A DNA stretch of 50,242 bases from Altererythrobacter sp. (GTDB lineage: Bacteria; Pseudomonadota; Alphaproteobacteria; Sphingomonadales; Sphingomonadaceae), in assembly GCA_013002295.1 (NCBI GenBank), contig JABDKI010000225.1, forward strand, positions 1 to 50,242, written 5' to 3'. A program made the position numbers and the translations under genes. Numbering within the stretch: the first letter of the stretch is position 1; each line of letters starts with the position of its first letter. The notes under the pieces were generated by a model. It was given only the letters and a program-made list of their open reading frames with translations. It was not told the origin of the DNA and did no database searches. Of this stretch, positions 10,239 to 19,052 are shown piece by piece.

Positions 10239-10332
10239 TTTTCCACCGTGCATGCTTGAGCGATCAAGTTTCAATTGATACCATTTGCTTGCCCAGTCGG
10301 CCCAACCCGCGACTGGCCAATGAGTCACTCAC

Positions 10333-11499
10333 ATGGAGATCAAGGACTACGGACTAAGCCGCGAGCGCGGCTACCTTTCGCATTACGAAATTGACGAAAT
10401 CACCCTGCCCTCTCGCTTCGATAGCGTAAAACAGGCAGCAGGCAATCTATCGGGACTGATATCGAGCGGACGCGTTCGCCATTGGCTCGATCAGCTGGAC
10501 GATTCAAAACTCGAAGAATGGGCCGTCGACGCCCCCGAAGAGGAAGTGCGCACCGCCATGGTGCATTATTCCTTCCTCGTACAAAGCTATGTCTGGGGTG
10601 AAGACACACCGCCCGCGTTTCTTCCGGCCAATTTAGCGCGCCCGGTGGTCGCGATTTCTGATCGTTTAGGGCAGGCGCCGCTGTTGCCTTACTCGGGCTA
10701 TGTGCTCGACAATTGGGCGCGGCTCGACAAGTCCGGTCCGATCAGCCTCGACAACATTTATATGTACCAGAATTTTGCTGGCGGCGATGACGAGAACTGG
10801 TTCGTGATGATCCATGTCGCGATTGAAGCCGAAGCGGGCGTGCTACTCGACAATGCGGCAAAGTTGGTAAAGGTTGCGAAGAACGGCGACGCCGCAGAGG
10901 CTGAGCGTCTGCTCATCGAAATGGATGAAGCGTGGGAGCGGATCTATGGCCATTTCTCGCGGATGACCGAACGCTGCGATCCCTATTGCTATTTCCACCG
11001 TGTCCGCCCCTACATTCATGGCTGGGCGAACAATCCCGCACTCAAAGGTGGCGGATTGATCTACGAAGGTATCGCGAAGCTGGGCGGCAAGCCGCAGGCT
11101 TTGCGCGGCCAAACCGGTAGTCAATCGAGCATTGTTCCAGCAATGGATGCTCTGCTTCAGGTCGGGCACAGCGACGATCCGCTCAAGTCATTTCTGGATG
11201 AACTGCATCACTATCGCCCGGTCCAGCACCGCCGCTTTATCGAAGATCTGGCGGCGCAATCGACCTTGCGAACGTTTGTTTCTGCTTCAGGCTCGCAATC
11301 GCTCAAGGATGCGTTCAACGCCTGTGTAGAACAGGCGGCACGCTTCCGCACGCGGCACCTGGAATACGCGGCGAGCTACATAAACAAGCAAGCGGGAAGC
11401 ATCGCAGGGAACGATCCCGATGTCGGGACCGGCGGCACGCCGTTCATGAAATATCTGAAAAAGCACCGCGATGAAAACCGCGCACAAGTAGTGACCTGA
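10333..11499 (+). CDS. Indoleamine 2,3-dioxygenase family heme protein
   Basis: YVWG, LDNW, DENWF...H..IE, RVRPYI, GQTGSQSS, proximal RHLEY...YI and C-terminal GTGGT motifs of the IDO family. Confidence 0.88.
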   Translation: MEIKDYGLSRERGYLSHYEIDEITLPSRFDSVKQAAGNLSGLISSGRVRHWLDQLDDSKLEEWAVDAPEEEVRTAMVHYSFLVQSYVWGEDTPPAFLPANLARPVVAISDRLGQAPLLPYSGYVLDNWARLDKSGPISLDNIYMYQNFAGGDDENWFVMIHVAIEAEAGVLLDNAAKLVKVAKNGDAAEAERLLIEMDEAWERIYGHFSRMTERCDPYCYFHRVRPYIHGWANNPALKGGGLIYEGIAKLGGKPQALRGQTGSQSSIVPAMDALLQVGHSDDPLKSFLDELHHYRPVQHRRFIEDLAAQSTLRTFVSASGSQSLKDAFNACVEQAARFRTRHLEYAASYINKQAGSIAGNDPDVGTGGTPFMKYLKKHRDENRAQVVT

Positions 11500-11508
11500 T
11501 ACGAATTT

Positions 11509-11536
11509 GGGCGAGGTAGCCCTAGCCGCCTCGCCC
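11509..11536. terminator. Probable terminator hairpin between convergent IDO and grpE genes
   Basis: GGGCGAGGT...GCCTCGCCC stem with A/T-rich flanks. Confidence 0.55.
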
Positions 11537-11558
11537 TATTCAAATACTGGCAACTAGC

Positions 11559-12149
11559 TCAGGGCTTCTTCGCGACGCCGACCATGGCAGGGCGCAGCAA
11601 GCGGTCCTTGATCATATAGCCGCTCTGCATTTCCTGCACGATGGTGCCTTCTTCTGCCTCTTCGGTCGGAACCTCCATCATCGCCTGATGCTGGTTCGGA
11701 TCGAGCGGCAGGCCGACAGAAGCGATTCGCTTCACGCCGTGCTGTCCGAAGACTTTCTCAAGTTCGCGCTGGGTGGCTTCGATGCCGGTGACGAGCCCCT
11801 TCATCTTCTCGTCTTCGCGCAGGCTTTCAGGGATCGCGGCAATCGCGCGCTCAAGGTTATCTGACACGCTCAGGATATCGCGGGCAAAGCCGGTCGCGGC
11901 ATAGGCGCGCGCGTCCTGCACATCCTTTTCCGCGCGGCGGCGCACATTTTGTGCCTCTGCCTTGGCGTAGAGAATATCCTGCTTTGCGGTTTCCAGATCG
12001 GCCTTCAGCGCGTCCAAAGCCTGTTCGAAGCTGTCATCGGATGACTCATCCGCATCATCCTCGCCATTGTCGAGGAATTCCTCCGGTACGCCTTCGAGTT
12101 CTTTCTTTACCGCATCATCGTCTGCTTGCGATTTGTCGTTGTCGATCAT
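11559..12149 (-). CDS. grpE: Nucleotide exchange factor GrpE
   Basis: AE..N.RRR, DNLERA, DPNQHQAM and GY.IKDRLLRPAMV motifs. Confidence 0.97.
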   Translation of the reverse strand: MIDNDKSQADDDAVKKELEGVPEEFLDNGEDDADESSDDSFEQALDALKADLETAKQDILYAKAEAQNVRRRAEKDVQDARAYAATGFARDILSVSDNLERAIAAIPESLREDEKMKGLVTGIEATQRELEKVFGQHGVKRIASVGLPLDPNQHQAMMEVPTEEAEEGTIVQEMQSGYMIKDRLLRPAMVGVAKKP

Positions 12150-12167
12150 GTTCTTACAGTTCCAAAG

Positions 12168-13211
12168 CTATCCGATAAGCTTGCCCAGCGAACGGGCGGT
12201 CAGGTCAATCATGGGTATCACGCGCGCGTAATTCAACCGTGTAGGGCCGATGACTCCAAGCACGCCAACCACCCTTCCCTCACGGTCACGATAGGGCGAC
12301 GCGATAACCGAAGAGCCGGACAATGCAAACAACCGGTTCTCGCTTCCGATGAAAATCCGTGTCGCTTCGGCTTCGCGTGCACTTTCAAGCAACTCGGCAA
12401 CCGATTGTTTGCTCTCCAAATCTTCGATCAGGCTGCGCACACGATCAATATCCTGCATCGCCGCGTCATCAAGCAAATTGGCCTGCCCGCGCACGATCAG
12501 CACAGGGCGCTGTGCAGCATCTTCGCTGAGCACGGCCAACCCGCGCTCAACCAGATTGCGGCTTGCGCTGTCGAGCTGAGATTTGCCCGATTTGATTTCT
12601 GCGCCAATCGCAGCGTTGGCCTCGGCCAGAGTCCGTCCCGTTAGGCGCGCGGTGATGTAATTGCTCGCTTGTTCCAGCACTGACGGTGTCAATGAACCAA
12701 CCAGCTCGACTACGCGATTCTCGATCGACCCATCTTCGCTGACGAGCACGGCCAAGGCTCTGCCCTGCCCCAGATTGACCAAATTGAACTGCGCCAGTTT
12801 CGCTTCGCGGGTTGGCACCATAACCATGCCGGCCGCGCCGGAAATATCGGAGAGGATTGCGCTGGTTTGCTCCAGCGCCTGTTCAATCGGTCCGCCGCCT
12901 GAAAGACGCTCCTCTATCGCGGCGCGTTCCTCCGCAGTCGGTTCAGCCACACGCATCATACCATCAACGAACAGCCGCAAGCCGCTTTCGGTAGGCATAC
13001 GTCCGGCACTGGTGTGCGGTGCAGACAGCAATCCATGGGTTTCAAGATCGGACAGCACCGCACGGATCGAGGCGGGTGAAAGATTTATCGTGCTATCACC
13101 GGCGAGCGTTTTGGAACCCACCGGTTGCCCACTATCCAGAAAGCCTTCGACCACGAGCCGGAAGATCTCGCGCGCGCGGTCGGTCAATTCTGAGATGGGC
13201 GTCGTGGACAT
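12168..13211 (-). CDS. hrcA: Heat-inducible transcription repressor HrcA
   Basis: PVGSKTL, SPASIR, PHTSAGRMPT and GVIGPTRLNY motifs. Confidence 0.97.
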   Translation of the reverse strand: MSTTPISELTDRAREIFRLVVEGFLDSGQPVGSKTLAGDSTINLSPASIRAVLSDLETHGLLSAPHTSAGRMPTESGLRLFVDGMMRVAEPTAEERAAIEERLSGGGPIEQALEQTSAILSDISGAAGMVMVPTREAKLAQFNLVNLGQGRALAVLVSEDGSIENRVVELVGSLTPSVLEQASNYITARLTGRTLAEANAAIGAEIKSGKSQLDSASRNLVERGLAVLSEDAAQRPVLIVRGQANLLDDAAMQDIDRVRSLIEDLESKQSVAELLESAREAEATRIFIGSENRLFALSGSSVIASPYRDREGRVVGVLGVIGPTRLNYARVIPMIDLTARSLGKLIG

Positions 13212-13219
13212 ACAAAGCT

Positions 13220-13247
13220 ATCTAGCGCTTTGCTCCACAGCCTCAAG
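13220..13247 (-). promoter_or_regulatory. Probable RpoH promoter of hrcA-grpE
   Basis: Minus strand CTTG-N17-GCTAGAT ending 8 nt upstream of the hrcA ATG. Confidence 0.6.
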
Positions 13248-13311
13248 CCTTGCAGGTCATACCACGCACAGCCTATCGCGGCGACAACGAATCAAACCAT
13301 AAGGAAATTTC

Positions 13312-14025
13312 ATGCGACCTTCCGGCCGCGCGCCTGACGAAATGCGCGCTATCACAATCGAGACCGGCTTTACCAAGCACGCTGAAGGCAGTGTGCTGAT
13401 CAGCTGCGGTGACACGCGGGTGCTGTGCACAGCCAGCATCGAAGAACGCATTCCGCCGTGGCTGCGCGGCAAAGGTGAAGGTTGGGTCACGGGCGAATAT
13501 TCGATGCTGCCGCGCTCTACGCATACGCGAAGCGGTCGCGAAGCCGCGCGCGGCAAGCAATCGGGCCGTACGCAAGAAATCCAGCGGTTGATCGGCCGGT
13601 CTCTGCGAGCTGTGGTTGACCTGAAGAAACTTGGCGAGCGTCAGATCACTCTGGACTGCGATGTGCTTCAGGCGGACGGCGGAACACGTACGGCGTCGAT
13701 ATCGGGCGCGTGGGTGGCGCTGCGATTGGCGGTGAATAGCCTCATGGCCTCCGGCAACCTCAAAGAAGATCCGATTACCGGTCAGGTTGCAGCGATCAGT
13801 TGCGGTATCTACAACGGTACACCTGTCCTCGACCTGGATTATGATGAAGATTCTAACGCCGATGCGGATGCAAACTTTGTCCTGATTACGGGCGGCCAAA
13901 TCGCTGAGGTGCAAGCTACGGCCGAAGGCGCAACCTATGACGAAGAAGGCCTTTTGCGCTTGCTTCGTTTGGCTAAAATTGGCTGCGACGGTATTTTCAA
14001 AGCACAGTTGGACGCATCGAAATGA
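13312..14025 (+). CDS. rph: Ribonuclease PH
   Basis: [26 protein letters not shown] and [14 protein letters not shown] motifs. Confidence 0.98.
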   Translation: MRPSGRAPDEMRAITIETGFTKHAEGSVLISCGDTRVLCTASIEERIPPWLRGKGEGWVTGEYSMLPRSTHTRSGREAARGKQSGRTQEIQRLIGRSLRAVVDLKKLGERQITLDCDVLQADGGTRTASISGAWVALRLAVNSLMASGNLKEDPITGQVAAISCGIYNGTPVLDLDYDEDSNADADANFVLITGGQIAEVQATAEGATYDEEGLLRLLRLAKIGCDGIFKAQLDASK

Positions 14026-14651
14026 CCCGCAAGCTAGGTGGAGGCTCGCTCGTTATTGCCACGCATAACGAAGGCAAATTGCGCGAAATCTCCGCCCTGC
14101 TTGCTCCATATGGTTTGAAGTGCATTTCGGCAGGCTCGCTGGGTCTGCCGGAGCCCCCCGAGAATGGAAAAACCTTCGTCGACAATGCTTTGATCAAGGC
14201 ACGCGCGGCGGCCGAGGCATCAGGTCTCGCGGCGCTGGCCGACGATAGCGGCTTGTCGGTTGATGCACTTGGCGGGCGTCCCGGCGTCTACACCGCGGAC
14301 TGGGCCGAACGGCAATGGTTCGAAGGCGATCCGGGCCGCGATTGGTACATGGCCATGGGCAAGGTCGAGGGTATGTTGCAGCAGCTAGGCCCTGACACTG
14401 ACCGAAGCGCAGCCTTCCATTGCGTGTTGGCGATTGCTTGGCCCGATGGTGCGCATGCCGTTTACGAGGGCAAATGTGCAGGCACGCTCACATGGCCCCC
14501 GCGCGGGGAAATGGGCTTCGGTTACGATCCGGTCTTTGTCCCCGAAGGCCGCGATCAGACCTTTGCTGAAATCGATCCATCAGAGAAACACGCCATGAGC
14601 CACCGCGCGGATGCTTTTGCCAAGCTGGTCGCGGATCAATTCAACGTCTGA
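14022..14651 (+). CDS. rdgB: Non-canonical purine NTP pyrophosphatase (RdgB/HAM1)
   Basis: ATHNEGK, ADDSGL, FGYDPVF and SHR motifs; follows rph. Confidence 0.95.
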   Translation: MTRKLGGGSLVIATHNEGKLREISALLAPYGLKCISAGSLGLPEPPENGKTFVDNALIKARAAAEASGLAALADDSGLSVDALGGRPGVYTADWAERQWFEGDPGRDWYMAMGKVEGMLQQLGPDTDRSAAFHCVLAIAWPDGAHAVYEGKCAGTLTWPPRGEMGFGYDPVFVPEGRDQTFAEIDPSEKHAMSHRADAFAKLVADQFNV

Positions 14652-14660
14652 GCGACAGAA

Positions 14661-15311
14661 TTAGTAGGCGTATTGCCCAACGATGTTTCCGGGCGGTGAG
14701 TATCGGCAAACGAGATAATCCCATCCACCTCCGGTTGCGAGACCGCAGCCGAGCCGCGTGGTATCGCGCCAGATAATCTGGGTGTAATGCCCGACATCCT
14801 GCCAGTTTCCTGTATTGCTGACATAGGGGAAGCGGTCATGGATGTAGTATTGCTTCTCTTCGATCCATCCGCCGACCATCGCATCATATTCAAACCGGCT
14901 TGCGGTGCCTGCCCACAGGTTCTCACCCTGGTTCGGTCGCGAGCTTGATGAACTGTGCGCGAAATTTCCGGTGCGCGCCATTTCCTCGGCATAGGCCTGC
15001 GCCTGATCGTTGAGATCATCATCAAGCTGCATCTCTGGAATGCCCAGAGCGCGCCGTTCTGCATTGTGCTCTGCCAACATAACCTGAAGCATTTCGTCCT
15101 GCGTCGAGGTCCCGGTGGGTGTCGGCGTTGGTGTGGGTGTCGGACTGGGCGTCGGAGTGGGTGAAGGCGACGGTCCGCTACCGGATAATGCAGCCGAGTT
15201 TGTGGCCGGACTGCCGCCTCCCCCACACGCAGCAAGCGCCATTGCCAATGCGAAAACGGACGCTTGCCCTGCGCGGGTCCGAAGAAAGTTATGAGCCAGT
15301 CTCATACGCAT
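14661..15311 (-). CDS. CAP/SCP (PR-1-like) domain lipoprotein with Pro/Thr linker
   Basis: Lipobox LAAC; HN..R, GENLW, GHYTQIIW and VCRYSPPGN motifs. Confidence 0.9.
   Translation of the reverse strand: MRMRLAHNFLRTRAGQASVFALAMALAACGGGGSPATNSAALSGSGPSPSPTPTPSPTPTPTPTPTGTSTQDEMLQVMLAEHNAERRALGIPEMQLDDDLNDQAQAYAEEMARTGNFAHSSSSSRPNQGENLWAGTASRFEYDAMVGGWIEEKQYYIHDRFPYVSNTGNWQDVGHYTQIIWRDTTRLGCGLATGGGWDYLVCRYSPPGNIVGQYAY
15114..15173 (-). repeat. Coding (Pro-Thr/Ser)n low-complexity linker
   Basis: PSPSPTPTPSPTPTPTPTPT in the CAP protein. Confidence 0.85.
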
Positions 15312-15495
15312 TCAACCTCTGCACCAGTCCCTAAGTTCGCCTGAAACAGCGGGGTAAACGCGCGTTAGTCAAACTTGCCGGTCGCTCGAAATGCACAGGT
15401 ACCGATGAGTGGTTTACCAGTCTGGGCGAGACGAAATCGTTGTGCAGATTATGCGACGGATTGGCTTTTGACGCTGCGCGCCGTAGATCGGGCCT

Positions 15496-16647
15496 GTGGC
15501 AAAAGCTCTCTACATCCACTGGCCCTTCTGCGCGAAGAAATGCCCCTATTGCGATTTCAATAGCCACGTTCGCGAGCGTGTGGATGCGTCGGTGTGGCGC
15601 GATGCATTATTGGCGGATATACGCCACGAAGCAGCGTTGGCGGGCGGCGAGCCGCTCCATTCGATCTTTTTCGGAGGCGGAACGCCGTCACTGATGCCGC
15701 CAAGCCTGGTTGAGGCATTGCTTAGCGAAGCAGAGGCGTTGTGGGGTTTTGACGCCAATATCGAGATTACGCTGGAGGCGAACCCAAGCTCGGTCGAGGC
15801 GGCAAACTTCGCGGCATTGGCGGGTGCTGGCATCAATCGAGTTTCGCTGGGTGTTCAGTCACTTGAAGATGATATCTTACAATTTCTTGGGCGCTTGCAT
15901 GGGGCGAATGAGGCGCTGGATGCCGTCGCGACGGCGCAGCGACATTTTGATCGCGTCAACATCGATCTGATTTATGCGCGTCCGGGGCAGGCGGCTGAGG
16001 ATTGGACGGCGGAGCTGAACCGCGCGCTGGCACTCGGCACGGATCACATGTCGCTCTACCAACTGACGATTGAGCCCAATACGCGCTTTGCCACCGATGT
16101 CCGGCGCGGGGTCTTCACTCCGCTAGATGATGATCCGGCGGGCGATTTGTATGTTCTGACGCAAGAAGTCATGAATGCGGCGGGCCTTCCGGCTTACGAG
16201 ATCAGCAATCATGCCAAACCGGGACAGGAAAGCCGCCACAACCTGACCTACTGGCGGTATCAGGATTATTGCGGAATTGGCCCCGGCGCACACGGACGGC
16301 AGGGTGGAGTGGCTACCGAACGGCACAAGAAGCCGGAGAATTTTCTCGCGGCTGTTGCCGAACATGGCCACGGCATCAAACATCAGCGCACGCTGTCTGC
16401 TGGCGAGCAGGCATCCGAAGCGCTGCTGATGGGGTTGCGTCTCGTCGAAGGGGTGGATTTGAGCACATTGGAAGCGCGGTTTAGAATTCCAACCGCTGAT
16501 CTGATCAATTCGGAACGTATTGCGCTGCACAGTGAACTCGGCCTGCTATCCCGAACTGGCAACCGGATAACGGTAACACCTGCCGGAATGCCGCTGCTCG
16601 ACGCATTGCTGGGCGAAATTGTTGCCGACGGACTGGTCACGGCATGA
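15496..16647 (+). CDS. hemW: Radical SAM heme chaperone HemW
   Basis: LYIHWPFCAKKCPYCDFNS, FGGGTPS, YEISN and HNLTYW motifs. Confidence 0.93.
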   Translation: MAKALYIHWPFCAKKCPYCDFNSHVRERVDASVWRDALLADIRHEAALAGGEPLHSIFFGGGTPSLMPPSLVEALLSEAEALWGFDANIEITLEANPSSVEAANFAALAGAGINRVSLGVQSLEDDILQFLGRLHGANEALDAVATAQRHFDRVNIDLIYARPGQAAEDWTAELNRALALGTDHMSLYQLTIEPNTRFATDVRRGVFTPLDDDPAGDLYVLTQEVMNAAGLPAYEISNHAKPGQESRHNLTYWRYQDYCGIGPGAHGRQGGVATERHKKPENFLAAVAEHGHGIKHQRTLSAGEQASEALLMGLRLVEGVDLSTLEARFRIPTADLINSERIALHSELGLLSRTGNRITVTPAGMPLLDALLGEIVADGLVTA

Positions 16648-17543
16648 GAGCAGCGGATCTCCTAGAAGCGTGGAACAATGAGCTGACCAATTCGCGCCGA
16701 CGCAGTCCGCATACGGTGCGCGCCTATCTGGGCTGTGCGGATCGTTTGCTGAAAGCGCACGGGCTGGAGAACTGGGACGGTGTGGCGTCGCTGGAAGCCC
16801 GAGACCTACGCCGCCATTTGGCCGAGCGCCGCGCGGATGGCATCGGCAATGCCAGTGCTGCGCGCGAACTCTCTGCGCTGAAAAGCTTTATCGCTTTTGC
16901 GCGTCAGCAATCGGGCGATCCAGATCCCGCCGCACCGCGTTTGCGTGGGCCGCGAGTGAAGAAGGGCCTACCCCGCCCCGTCACGCCCGACGAAGCGAGC
17001 AATCTCGCCGATCTCGTTGCCGGCAGTGCCAAGGCCGAGTGGCTCGGCGCGCGCGATCGTGCAGTGCTGTTGTTGCTATACGGCTCGGGCCTCCGGATCG
17101 CCGAGGCGCTGTCTCTGAAAGGCAATGATGTGCCGCTCGGCGAAGTGCTGCAAGTGACGGGTAAAGGCCGCAAGCAACGTATGGTGCCGCTCCTGCCGAT
17201 CACCCGTGCTGCGGTGGCGGATTATTGCGTGAAATGTCCGTGGCCACTTCCCGCGAACGAGCCGCTGTTCCGCGGTGAGAAAGGCGGTCCGCTCAGCCCA
17301 GGCATGGTGCAGAAGGCGACTGCGCAAGCGCGCCGCGCGCTAGGCCTGCCCGAAACCGCGACGCCTCATGCGCTGCGGCACAGCTTTGCAACCCATTTGC
17401 TGGGGGCCGGTGCGGACCTGAGGAGCCTGCAGGAACTGCTCGGTCATGCGTCGCTCGGTTCAACGCAGATCTACACCAAGGTCGATGCGGCAACGATGCT
17501 GGAGAACTATCGCGACGCACATCCACGGGCGAAGAAGCGTTGA
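16644..17543 (+). CDS. xerC: Tyrosine recombinase XerC
   Basis: SAM-like N-terminal domain; RDRA...YGSGLR, GKG.KQR, HALRHSFATH and LLGHASL.STQIY motifs; 299 aa. Confidence 0.88.
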   Translation: MRAADLLEAWNNELTNSRRRSPHTVRAYLGCADRLLKAHGLENWDGVASLEARDLRRHLAERRADGIGNASAARELSALKSFIAFARQQSGDPDPAAPRLRGPRVKKGLPRPVTPDEASNLADLVAGSAKAEWLGARDRAVLLLLYGSGLRIAEALSLKGNDVPLGEVLQVTGKGRKQRMVPLLPITRAAVADYCVKCPWPLPANEPLFRGEKGGPLSPGMVQKATAQARRALGLPETATPHALRHSFATHLLGAGADLRSLQELLGHASLGSTQIYTKVDAATMLENYRDAHPRAKKR

Positions 17544-17622
17544 TTTCCAACAAGAACGTACATTCCTCTAACGACCCAAATGTGGAAAGCAAACTGACGA
17601 TCGCAGGTTCGCGAAAGCGGAC

Positions 17623-18573
17623 CTAGGCCAACCGTGCCTCAATCGCATCCCAGATCATCCCCGGAGTATCGGTGCCGTTGAACTTGTCGATCGCCATCAC
17701 ACCGGTGGGTGAGGTGACGTTGATCTCGGTCAGAAATTTACCGCCGATCACATCGATGCCAACGAATGTCAGCCCAAGCCGCTTCAGCTCCGGCCCCATC
17801 GCGTCGCAGATTTCCTGCTCGCGTGTCGTTAGCTCGGTCTTCTCAGCGCTGCCGCCCATGGCCAGGTTCGAACGGAACTCGCCCTCACCCGGCTTGCGGT
17901 TGATCGCGCCCGCTACCACGCCATCCACCAGCACGATACGCTTGTCGCCCTCTGCCACTTCGCGAAGGAAAGGCTGAACCATATGCGGTTCGGGCCAGGT
18001 CTGGTTGAACACCTCAAATAGTGCAGACAGGTTGTCTCCATCGGCAGGCACACGGAAGATAGCCTTGCCGCCATTGCCGTGGATCGGCTTCACCACAACC
18101 GCGCCATGCTCGGCCATGAAGCGTTTCACTTCGTCAACGCTGCGCGTCACCAGCGTGGGCGGCATAAAGCGGCGATAGTTCAGCACCATCACTTTTTCGG
18201 GCGCATTGCGTACGCTGACCGGATCATTGACCACCAGCGTTTCGTCCTTGATCCGCTCAAGCATATGGGTGGCGGTGATATAGCCCATGTGGAATGGCGG
18301 ATCCTGACGCATCAGAACAACGTCGATATCCTTGCCCAAATCTAGCCGCTGCGCCGCGCCCTTGGTCACATGGTCGCCTTCGACCCGCTGGACCGTCACC
18401 GGATGACACTCCGCAAACAGGCGGTCGTCAGCATCCAATGTCAGGCTCTCGACATGATATTCGAAGCATGAGTGCCCGCGCTTTTGCGCCGCCTCGATCA
18501 GCGCGAAGGACGAATCCCCGGCTATCTTGACGGTTTCGATCGGGTCCATCTGAACGGCGACGCGTAGTTTCAA
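17623..18573 (-). CDS. gshB: Glutathione synthetase
   Basis: QMDP, MRQDPPF, RNAPEK, FRSNLA.GG and EINVTSPTG motifs; TTG start preceded by GGAG. Confidence 0.97.
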   Translation of the reverse strand: MKLRVAVQMDPIETVKIAGDSSFALIEAAQKRGHSCFEYHVESLTLDADDRLFAECHPVTVQRVEGDHVTKGAAQRLDLGKDIDVVLMRQDPPFHMGYITATHMLERIKDETLVVNDPVSVRNAPEKVMVLNYRRFMPPTLVTRSVDEVKRFMAEHGAVVVKPIHGNGGKAIFRVPADGDNLSALFEVFNQTWPEPHMVQPFLREVAEGDKRIVLVDGVVAGAINRKPGEGEFRSNLAMGGSAEKTELTTREQEICDAMGPELKRLGLTFVGIDVIGGKFLTEINVTSPTGVMAIDKFNGTDTPGMIWDAIEARLA

Positions 18574-18592
18574 CTCAATTACTCCAGCGTAA

Positions 18593-18661
18593 CTCGACTG
18601 CGCTCGATACGAACGGGCAGCTGCTTCAATCCCATAACCCTTCGTGTCGAGCGAAGTCGAG
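18593..18661. repeat. REP-like imperfect inverted repeat (25/24-nt arms, 20-nt spacer)
   Basis: CTCGACTGCGCTCGATACGAACGGG ... CCCTTCGTGTCGAGCGAAGTCGAG; each arm has internal TCGA..TCGA palindromes. Confidence 0.7.
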
Positions 18662-18678
18662 ACATGAACGGAAAGCCT

Positions 18679-19052
18679 TCAGGGCATCCATGCATTGGTG
18701 ATGTGGCGAGGGATGCTTGCCGGTGCAAGGAGGATTACGTCAATTCGCATATGATCGCCGTCGCGAACATATTGATGTGCAACCGCTTCCGCGGCCACTG
18801 CAACCCTGCGCAAACGGAATTCGTCGATCGCATGATCCAGTTCTTCGCGGCGTTTGCGCCATTTCACCTCGGTAAATGCGACAATGCCGAAATGCCGCTG
18901 CGCCGCGCAATCTGGTCAATCTCGCCTAACGGGGTCTTCACACGCTCGGCCAAAATTTGCCAACCTTGCAGGCGCAGAAACATAGCTGCGCGGAACTCGC
19001 CTTGCCGCCCTGCCCGCTCAGCGCGCCTTTTGGTAGCGGTGAGCCGTTTCAT
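18679..19052 (-). pseudogene. yraN: YraN family (UPF0102) protein, frameshifted
   Basis: Two 62-aa ORFs carry the two halves (...GEIDQIARRSGI | VAFTEVKWR...RIDVI). Removing 8 bp at 18883-18897 restores a 121-aa ORF. Usual rsmI-yraN-gshB position. Confidence 0.85.

Noticed and set aside
16644-17543. Tyrosine recombinase as an integron or phage integrase
   Set aside because: Size and motifs fit XerC; it is coupled to hemW; no IntI insertion, att/tRNA site, cassette array or phage genes nearby
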